From the NCBI GenBank assembly GCA_051532055.1, contig JAOPTX010000067.1, positions 1-11,055 of the forward strand: DNA of 11,055 nucleotides, given 5' to 3'. The notes beneath the pieces are model-generated. The model did not search any database, was not told the DNA's origin, and saw nothing but the letters and a program-made list of their open reading frames with translations. Position numbers and translations under genes: made by a program. The stretch is from Fibrobacterales bacterium (lineage in GTDB: Bacteria; Fibrobacterota; Fibrobacteria; Fibrobacterales; JAOPTW01). This document shows positions 1 to 6,761 of this stretch, piece after piece (position 1 is the first letter of the stretch; each line of letters begins with the position of its first letter).

Positions 1-2
1 AA

Positions 3-398
3 TGGCGTTCGGTAAATGGAGCACCTCCATTTATCCCCCATGAGATCGACAACAAATGGGAGAATGCCAATGATTGTCTCTCGTGTCATAAAAATGGTGG
101 GTTTGTAATGAAGTGGAAAAAATTCACTCCACCAATGCCTCATGATTTTATCGGTGAATGTCGCATGTGTCACAACCCTCCTTACCCAGGGTATAAAGAT
201 GGAGGTCTTGCAACGAAAGGTGCTCCCGCTCTTAATAATGTAGTGGCTCCTGGTGCTCCACCACAGATTCCTCATTCTACTGCTATGAGAAAAAATTGTG
301 TATCATGTCACTTTGGCCCAACCGCAATCAAAGAGGTGGCATCACCTCACGAAGAACGCGCGAATTGTGCAGCCTGTCACCAGCCATTGGCCCAGTAG
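3..398 (+). CDS. Multiheme cytochrome c with two tandem NapB-like diheme units (5'-truncated, at least 4 hemes)
   Basis: The frame of ORF 108..398 is open back to the window edge (WRSVNGAPPFIPHEIDNKWENANDCLSCHKNGGFV-MKW...). Four CxxCH motifs: CLSCH 75-89, CRMCH 159-173, CVSCH 297-311, CAACH 366-380. The NapB-like GAPPxIPH motif occurs twice (starting at 18 and 252). Stop TAG at 396-398. Confidence 0.85.
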   Translation, partial: WRSVNGAPPFIPHEIDNKWENANDCLSCHKNGGFVMKWKKFTPPMPHDFIGECRMCHNPPYPGYKDGGLATKGAPALNNVVAPGAPPQIPHSTAMRKNCVSCHFGPTAIKEVASPHEERANCAACHQPLAQ

Positions 399-407
399 GA
401 GTAACGA

Positions 408-1055
408 ATGAAAATACTATTGACTATTGCGACAATCGCTATGATAACCATTTTTACTGGTTGTAATTCCCATGAAGAGGTTACCTTTACCCAGCGCATT
501 CATGCAGCCAAAGAGGTTCCTACATATTCTGAAAATCTTGTAGAGTTTCATAAAGATTCGAAGAAATTTTATATGGGTTCTGGCCTGTTTGGTTCACAAC
601 CTTTTCATGTGCTTGACACGGGGAGTGTTGCACAGAGAGATAATTGTGCTAACTGTCACCAAGGATCACTTAACGTACAGATGAAGAAAAACCGCCCATC
701 ATCAGCGAAACTATCTCACTGGGATAAAAAGTTACATCATGGGCCAGAAGGAATTCTTCAGTGTGCAACGTGTCATGACTATGATGCGAAGCAACCTGTT
801 TTAAAGAGTGCTATGAAAACCAATCTCGATTTTTCTCAAGTGTATCAGACCTGTCAGACTTGTCACAATGACAAAGTACGTGATTGGGCTTTTGGTGCAC
901 ATGGTAAACGTGTTGGCGGATGGGTTCCCCCAAAAGTTATTCGTAACTGTACTGGGTGTCACAATCCTCACGATCCAAGCTTTAAAGGATCTATTCCTAA
1001 AGCGATCCCACAGAACTATAACATTACTCGGGGGATAATCACCGATGCAAAATGA
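408..1055 (+). CDS. Tetraheme c-type cytochrome, predicted lipoprotein
   Basis: RBS AGGAG upstream. N-terminus MKILLTIATIAMITIFTG-C has a lipobox. Four CxxCH motifs (CANCH, CATCH, CQTCH, CTGCH) plus extra His residues (LSHW, LHHG, GAHG, NPHD) as candidate distal ligands. Confidence 0.88.
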   Translation: MKILLTIATIAMITIFTGCNSHEEVTFTQRIHAAKEVPTYSENLVEFHKDSKKFYMGSGLFGSQPFHVLDTGSVAQRDNCANCHQGSLNVQMKKNRPSSAKLSHWDKKLHHGPEGILQCATCHDYDAKQPVLKSAMKTNLDFSQVYQTCQTCHNDKVRDWAFGAHGKRVGGWVPPKVIRNCTGCHNPHDPSFKGSIPKAIPQNYNITRGIITDAK

Positions 1056-2016
1056 ATTTCTAGAAAACATTGAAAAAGATCTTAATGAGTTAAAAGATAA
1101 AAACCTCACCAGAAGATCAGCAATTAAGAAAATGGCTGCTGGTACACTTATGGCAGCAACTGCGGTAAGTGCAGCAAAAAATCCATTGAACGATAATGAT
1201 AAAGCCCGCGTTCGTAATTTGGAACTCCAAGAGTTTATTAAAACAAATTACAAGGTGATGACTCGCGAAGAAAAGTTAGCTACAGTTAAACGTCTTGAAG
1301 AGCTTGCAAAACTAAAGCACAATGTTGATGTATCCATATCATCGAAAGATGCAATACCTGGTGTACTATACGGATATGCTTTTAATATTGGGCGTTGTGG
1401 TGGTTACCAGGACTGTATTACTGCATGTCAAAAAGAGAATAACCTTTCTCAAGATTCAAATATGCAGTATATCAAAATATTTGAATCAAAGCTGGGTGAA
1501 TCACTGCACCTTACTTCTGGCAATGCACAATATCAGCATGAAATTCCTGTTGATGATCACTTTTACATGGGGACTCAGTGTTTTCACTGTGAAAACCCAC
1601 CATGTGTAAAAGTATGCCCAACACAAGCAACCTGGAAAGAACCTGATGGCATTGTTGTCGTTGATTACGATTGGTGTATTGGATGTCGGTATTGTGAAGC
1701 GGGCTGTCCGTACTTTGGTCGTCGTTTTAACTGGTCTGAACCTGTAATACCAAAAGAAGATCTTAATACTACCCAGCACTATTTAGGAAACCGTCCACGT
1801 TCAAAAGGCGTGATGGAGAAATGTACATTCTGTATTCAACGTTCGCGTGATGGCAAAAATACTGCATGTGTTGAAGCGTGTCCAACTGGCGCACGAGTAT
1901 TTGGTAATATTCTTGATCCCAATAGTGAAATAAGATATGTTCTTGAAAATAAATCGGTATTCAGATTGAAAGAAGACTTGAACACGGACCCTAAATTTTG
2001 GTACTTCAAGGACTAA
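1045..2016 (+). CDS. Tat-exported 4Fe-4S dicluster-type electron-transfer subunit (NrfC/DsrO/PsrB family)
   Basis: Twin-arginine motif LTRRSAIKK followed by an Ala-rich h-region. Cys groups CGGYQDCITAC, CFHCENPPCVKVCP, CIGCRYCEAGCP and KCTFC...CVEACP. C-terminal FGNILDPNSEI...TDPKFWY is typical of the family. Overlaps the upstream gene by 11 nt. Confidence 0.92.
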   Translation: MQNEFLENIEKDLNELKDKNLTRRSAIKKMAAGTLMAATAVSAAKNPLNDNDKARVRNLELQEFIKTNYKVMTREEKLATVKRLEELAKLKHNVDVSISSKDAIPGVLYGYAFNIGRCGGYQDCITACQKENNLSQDSNMQYIKIFESKLGESLHLTSGNAQYQHEIPVDDHFYMGTQCFHCENPPCVKVCPTQATWKEPDGIVVVDYDWCIGCRYCEAGCPYFGRRFNWSEPVIPKEDLNTTQHYLGNRPRSKGVMEKCTFCIQRSRDGKNTACVEACPTGARVFGNILDPNSEIRYVLENKSVFRLKEDLNTDPKFWYFKD

Positions 2017-2025
2017 GGAGAAATT

Positions 2026-3255
2026 ATGCGTGATACCATTGGAAGAATCGTCGATTTTAATTTATTAGCACTACGTATTCTCTTTGTCGGGAGTGCTCAG
2101 TATTACATGTGGATGTCATTTTTAACCCTCCTTATTATGGGTGGGTTATTGGCGTATGCACAACAGTATGATACAGGCATGGCAGTTACTGGCATGAATG
2201 ATATTGTAAGTTGGGGCCTTTACATTGCTAATTTTACTTATTTTGTTGGGGTGGCAGCATCAGCATTGATGATTGTAATGCCCTTTTACATATTTAAAGA
2301 GCAGGAATTTCGTTCCTCGGTTCTTGTAGGTGAAGCAGTTGCGGTAGCGGCAATTACAATGTGTATATTGTTCGTTACTGTTGATATTGGAGGGCCACTT
2401 CGTGTTTGGCATCTAATGCCATTTGTAGGAACCCCAAATTTTCCTGACTCAATTTTGACTTGGGATATATTGGTTCTCAACGGCTACCTTATGCTCAACT
2501 TAGGTATACCAATCTACCTACTTTATAAGAAAGCACACGGGCGTGATCCAGTAAAAAAACATTACTATCCATTTGTAATAACTTCAATTTTTTGGGCTGT
2601 ATCAATTCATATGGTGACCGCATTCTTATTTCAAGGAATTCAAGGAAAGCCATTTTGGGCATCTGCACTTATGGCGCCAAAATTTCTTGCAAGTGCATTC
2701 TCGTCAGGACTCGCTTTTATACTGATTCTTTTGACAATTGTACGTACGTTAACACGTTACGAAATTTCGAATAGTGCTCTTCATAAGATGGCTCAAATTA
2801 TGACAGTGGCATCGCTTGTAAATATGATTATGTTCTTTTCTGAATATTTTAAAGAGTTCTATATGTTTGCGCATCACAGTGAAAGTGCACAGTATCTCTA
2901 TTGGGGGCTGGGCGACCATATGACAACTCTCAATTATCTTGCTTGGGGCCTAAAAATACTCAGTATAGTAGCTACTATTGCATTAACAGTTGGCTTGTTT
3001 AAGGGTAAATTTAAGCTTCTAATTCCGCTCTGTGGCGCGATGTTTATTTCTGCTTGGTTTGATAAAGGTATAGCATTTGTTGTCCCTGGGTTTGTACCAA
3101 GCCCACTGGGAGAAGAAATAAGTTATGTACCTACAGTCATTGAGTGGGGAGTACTCGCTGGAGTATTTGGCATAGGTCTTATTACTCTTACGATCTTGCT
3201 CAGACTCATTATCAATATTGAATTGGGTGGGATGAAAATAAAAGACTCTAAATAA
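2026..3255 (+). CDS. NrfD/PsrC/DsrP family polytopic membrane anchor (probable quinol-interacting subunit)
   Basis: RBS TAAGGAG. About 10 hydrophobic segments. Family motifs TGMNDIVSWGLYIANFTYFVGVAA, DIGGPLRVW, SILTWD, APKFLASAF and YVPTVIEW. Directly follows an NrfC-like gene. Confidence 0.92.
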   Translation: MRDTIGRIVDFNLLALRILFVGSAQYYMWMSFLTLLIMGGLLAYAQQYDTGMAVTGMNDIVSWGLYIANFTYFVGVAASALMIVMPFYIFKEQEFRSSVLVGEAVAVAAITMCILFVTVDIGGPLRVWHLMPFVGTPNFPDSILTWDILVLNGYLMLNLGIPIYLLYKKAHGRDPVKKHYYPFVITSIFWAVSIHMVTAFLFQGIQGKPFWASALMAPKFLASAFSSGLAFILILLTIVRTLTRYEISNSALHKMAQIMTVASLVNMIMFFSEYFKEFYMFAHHSESAQYLYWGLGDHMTTLNYLAWGLKILSIVATIALTVGLFKGKFKLLIPLCGAMFISAWFDKGIAFVVPGFVPSPLGEEISYVPTVIEWGVLAGVFGIGLITLTILLRLIINIELGGMKIKDSK

Positions 3256-3296
3256 ACTCAAATCATTAATGAGTTTAGTAGGTATACTACTATTTT

Positions 3297-3323
3297 AGGC
3301 CACCAAATAAGGTGGCCTTTTTT
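3297..3323 (+). terminator. Rho-independent terminator of the cytochrome/NrfCD-like operon
   Basis: Stem AGGCCACC (3297-3304) / GGTGGCCT (3311-3318), loop AAATAA, followed by a T-tract to 3323. Confidence 0.85.
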
Positions 3324-3403
3324 ATTGATGTGTGTTTATTTCGACAAAAATGTATTTCATTTATGTAGTCTTACTACGGTAAATTTGTGACTTAAATATA
3401 GTT

Positions 3404-3715
3404 TTAGGGATGCACTGTCAAAGTTGTACCGTAGGTTTGTTCTATATACTGCACCAATATTTTTTTTGTATCCATTGGCCGTTTGACTAATTGAGCACCA
3501 TTATCACACCAACCTTTACAGATGGCAGTGGCTTTACCTAAAGACGTATAGAGTGTTTCATGTCTGATATACTCATCTAAGTCGCTTGGTTTAAGCACTG
3601 TGCCGATGATAACCTCCTTTACAGCATCTCTATCAACAAACTGATATTTATCATTGTGGGCAAATGTTTGATCAATAATTTCATTGATATAGCGTATCAT
3701 ATCTTTAGAATGCAT
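3404..3715 (-). CDS. Hypothetical soluble protein, 103 aa (MHSKDMIRY...TLTVHP)
   Basis: The ORF fills an otherwise empty intergenic space. A strong RBS (GAGGAGG-ATACT-ATG on the - strand) supports a start at 3715 rather than 3742. No family recognised. Confidence 0.7.
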   Translation of the reverse strand: MHSKDMIRYINEIIDQTFAHNDKYQFVDRDAVKEVIIGTVLKPSDLDEYIRHETLYTSLGKATAICKGWCDNGAQLVKRPMDTKKILVQYIEQTYGTTLTVHP

Positions 3716-3811
3716 AGTATCCTCCTCTAGTAAGTATATCATAACTCATTTTAAAAAGTTTTAATGTCGCTAATATTGCTTCTAAATTTTGTCAAATACC
3801 AAATATCTATA

Positions 3812-3827
3812 TGGCACACATATTGCT
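3812..3827 (+). promoter_or_regulatory. Sigma54 (RpoN) -24/-12 promoter for nirB-nirD-narK
   Basis: TGGCAC-ACATA-TTGCT matches TGGCAC-N5-TTGCW, with exactly 10 nt between GG (3813-3814) and GC (3825-3826). It lies ~95 nt upstream of the nirB ATG in the correct orientation. Confidence 0.8.
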
Positions 3828-3922
3828 AGAGTAGAGATAGGTCACAAAAGATGTGATGTTTGATTACATGAGAATATAGCGTAATCAAATATTTCAGTAT
3901 GATGAATATACAGTGGGAAATT

Positions 3923-6409
3923 ATGAAGAAAAAATGTGTCGTTGTTGGTAATGGAATGGTTGGTCTTAAATACATTAAGGAGCTACTAGAGAAAGATACA
4001 CAGGAAACATATGAAATAATTGTGTATGGTGAGGAAGGTAGGCCGGCGTATGATAGAGTACAACTCACTTCTTTTTTTAATACTCTTGATCCACTTGATT
4101 TAGAAATTGAATCATCTTCATGGTATAGTGATAATGGTGTGACACTAAAGACTGGTGAAAAAGTTATAAAGCTTGACCGAAGTGCGAAAACACTTACAAC
4201 TGATCAAGGCGCTACGACCACTTATGATACTCTTATACTTGCTACAGGTTCATTTCCTTTTGTTCCTCCCATACAAGGAAAAGATAAGAAAGGGGTCTTT
4301 GTATATAGGACAATTGAAGATTTGCAGAACATTAGATCGTATAGTTTAACATCAAAATCTGCGGTGGTGATTGGCGGTGGATTATTAGGATTGGAAGCGG
4401 CAAAAGCGTTAATTGATTTAGGTATGGAGACTCACGTAATAGAGTTTGCGAGTAGATTAATGCCAAACCAAATTGATGATCAAGGGTCAAAGCTTTTAGT
4501 TGAAAAAATAGAGACTCTCGGTGCGAAGGTACATTTGAATAAAGCCTCTCAATCAATTGAAGGAACAGATTCAGTAGAAAAGATTGTATTTACTGATGGC
4601 ACTGAATTATCGGTAGACATGATTGTTGTTTCGGCAGGTATTCGACCACGTGATGAACTTGCGAAGCAGTCTGGTATTTTGATTGGGGAAAGAGGCGGCA
4701 TAATTGTTGACGATACTTTAAAAACAAATGACCCTGATGTGTATGCAATTGGAGAATGCGCGCTCCACAACAATTTTATTTATGGATTAGTAGCTCCAGG
4801 CTATCAAATGGCAACTACAGCGGCAGCAACAGTACTGGGAGAAAGCAGTTCATTTCAGGGTGCAGATATGTCAACCAAATTGAAATTGATGGGTGTTGAT
4901 GTTGCATCAATTGGTGCCTCTACATTGGTTGATGATCACAGCGTCACTACAGTAGAAATACTTAATAGCTATGAAGGAGTGTATAAAAAGCTCATTATAG
5001 ATAAAGAGAGTCAAACACTTCGTGGGGCTGTCTTTGTAGGGGACGCATCTGAATATGGGCAATTACTCCAATATTATAAAAATGAAATGCAATTACCGGC
5101 ATCGCCTATTCAGTTAATAGTAAAGGGGGTAGAGGGAGAGAATGAAGGAGCTGGTATAACTGCCCTTCCTGACGCGGCTCAAATATGTAGTTGTGAGAAT
5201 ATCTCTAAGGGAAATATCATTGATGCAGTTCAGGATGGGGCGACTTCAGTTGCTACTATAAAAAAGTGTACGAAAGCAGGCACCGGCTGTGGGAGTTGCG
5301 TTTCACTTATCAAAGATGTTATGGATCATGAGATTCAAAAATCGGGAGGTGTCGTTGATACTTCATTGTGTGAACATTTCTCAATTTCACGAGTAACACT
5401 TCGCGATACAATGCAAGAAGGAATTTTTACTTCTTTTAAAGAGGTGATTACTGCATTAGGTAGCGGTGAAGGCTGTGAAATTTGCAAAACGACAGTAGCG
5501 TCAATTCTTGCTTCGTATCAAAACCCAACACTATTAGAACAGCAGAATGTTCAAGAAACAAATGACTATTATCTTGCCAATATTCAAAAGAATGGTACTT
5601 ATTCAATTATTCCTCGAATAGCAGGGGGAGAGATTACTGCTGCAATGCTTGGGGTATTAGCTCAAATAGGTCAGGAATATGATCTTTATACTAAAATTAC
5701 AGGAGCACAACGAATTGGGCTCTATGGAGCTACAGTGGAGCAACTTCCAATTATTTGGGAACGTTTGATTGATGCTGGTTTTGAAACAGGGCAGGCGTAT
5801 GCTAAGTCCTTGAGAGCAGTTAAGTCTTGTGTAGGCCAGTCGTGGTGTCGGTATGGTGTCGGGGATTCTACGCAACTTGCAATTGATCTTGAAAATAGAT
5901 ATAAAGGCTTAAGAACGCCTCATAAAATTAAGATGGGGGTATCAGGTTGTGCTCGAGAGTGCGCAGAAGCACAAGGAAAAGATTTTGGAATAATAGCTAC
6001 TGAAAATGGCTGGAACCTATATGTATGTGGAAATGGAGGAATGAAACCTCAACATGCAGTTCTCTTTGCAGCGGATATCGAGAGAGACCTTGTGTTTGAC
6101 TATATAGATCGAATCATCATGTATTATGTTCGAACAGCAGATCGTTTAGAAAGAACCGCTACATGGTTAAACAAATTGCCTGGGGGGATAGAGCATCTAA
6201 AAGATGTGGTCATGCATGATGTACTGGGAATAAATGCTGAATTAGAAGAAGAAATGAAATTTTCAATTGAGACTTTTCGGTGTGAATGGAAGGAGAGTAT
6301 TGAAAACACTAAAATTAAACAGCGATTTAAAACCTTCATAAATAGTGACATTACCGATAATGACATTGCATTTAATGAAGTACGTGGACAAATTCAGCCT
6401 GCTCAATAG
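3923..6409 (+). CDS. nirB: NAD(P)H-dependent siroheme nitrite reductase, large subunit
   Basis: FAD-binding VVVGNGMVG and NADH-binding VIGGGLLGLEAA. BFD-like 2Fe-2S motifs (ICSC...GTGCGSC; LCEHF...GCEIC). ANIQKNGTYSIIPRIAGGEIT. Siroheme/4Fe-4S ligands KSCVGQSWCRYG and SGCARECAEA. Start placed at ATG 3923 (MKKKCVVVG); upstream in-frame ATGs at 3899/3902 are possible. Confidence 0.97.
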   Translation: MKKKCVVVGNGMVGLKYIKELLEKDTQETYEIIVYGEEGRPAYDRVQLTSFFNTLDPLDLEIESSSWYSDNGVTLKTGEKVIKLDRSAKTLTTDQGATTTYDTLILATGSFPFVPPIQGKDKKGVFVYRTIEDLQNIRSYSLTSKSAVVIGGGLLGLEAAKALIDLGMETHVIEFASRLMPNQIDDQGSKLLVEKIETLGAKVHLNKASQSIEGTDSVEKIVFTDGTELSVDMIVVSAGIRPRDELAKQSGILIGERGGIIVDDTLKTNDPDVYAIGECALHNNFIYGLVAPGYQMATTAAATVLGESSSFQGADMSTKLKLMGVDVASIGASTLVDDHSVTTVEILNSYEGVYKKLIIDKESQTLRGAVFVGDASEYGQLLQYYKNEMQLPASPIQLIVKGVEGENEGAGITALPDAAQICSCENISKGNIIDAVQDGATSVATIKKCTKAGTGCGSCVSLIKDVMDHEIQKSGGVVDTSLCEHFSISRVTLRDTMQEGIFTSFKEVITALGSGEGCEICKTTVASILASYQNPTLLEQQNVQETNDYYLANIQKNGTYSIIPRIAGGEITAAMLGVLAQIGQEYDLYTKITGAQRIGLYGATVEQLPIIWERLIDAGFETGQAYAKSLRAVKSCVGQSWCRYGVGDSTQLAIDLENRYKGLRTPHKIKMGVSGCARECAEAQGKDFGIIATENGWNLYVCGNGGMKPQHAVLFAADIERDLVFDYIDRIIMYYVRTADRLERTATWLNKLPGGIEHLKDVVMHDVLGINAELEEEMKFSIETFRCEWKESIENTKIKQRFKTFINSDITDNDIAFNEVRGQIQPAQ

Positions 6410-6434
6410 GTTTTGAGCAATAATAAGGATTGAT

Positions 6435-6761
6435 ATGAGTGATTGGATTCAAATTGGAGCCTTGGCCGATGCACAGCCAAATGCGGGGATGTGTGCTAAG
6501 GTTAAGGGTAAACATATTGCAATTTTTAATTTCGATTTAGAGCGATGGTATGCCGTACAAAATACATGCCCTCATGATAATAGAAGTGTTCTCTCTCGTG
6601 GTATAATAGGGGATATGAGTAAAGAACCAAAAGTAGTGTGTCCCCTTCATAAAAACCAATTTTCTCTTGAAAATGGATCGTCCCTTGACGATAACGATTG
6701 GATTCTTGAAACGTATGAAATAAAAGTTGTTAATGAAATAATTTATATAAAGGGATTCTAA
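6435..6761 (+). CDS. nirD: Nitrite reductase small subunit (Rieske-like)
   Basis: RBS TAAGGA. IAIFNF...WYAVQNTCPH...VLSRGIIGD...PKVVCPLHKNQFSLENG. Immediately downstream of nirB. Confidence 0.95.
   Translation: MSDWIQIGALADAQPNAGMCAKVKGKHIAIFNFDLERWYAVQNTCPHDNRSVLSRGIIGDMSKEPKVVCPLHKNQFSLENGSSLDDNDWILETYEIKVVNEIIYIKGF

Noticed and set aside
1045..3255. Calling these genes dsrO/dsrP, nrfC/nrfD or actB/actC
   Set aside because: No dsrMKJ, nrfA or other alternative complex III genes are visible, so only family-level assignment is supported.
801..3261. Alternative-frame and antisense ORFs 801-1109, 1322-1609, 1501-1779, 2286-2480, 2592-2774, 3019-3261
   Set aside because: They overlap well-supported genes and have no recognisable motifs, so they are treated as shadow ORFs.
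3765..3780. Second sigma54-like site TGTCGC-TAATA-TTGCT
   Set aside because: It lacks the invariant GG at -24.
3790..3795. TTGACA on the - strand as a -35 for the orphan gene
   Set aside because: There is no acceptable -10 hexamer at 16-18 nt spacing.
3337..3798. Loose inverted similarity flanking the orphan gene (TATTTCGACAAAAAT versus ATTTTGTCAAATA), suggesting a mobile cassette
   Set aside because: It is short, imperfect and AT-rich, with no transposase or target duplication.
3842..3856. CRP-like half-sites TCACA/TGTGA
   Set aside because: The orientation is reversed relative to TGTGA-N6-TCACA and the spacing is 5.
3860..3888. FNR-like half-sites TTGAT...ATCAA
   Set aside because: The spacer is 19 nt, not 4, so it is not an FNR box. 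It is kept only as part of the leader inverted repeat.
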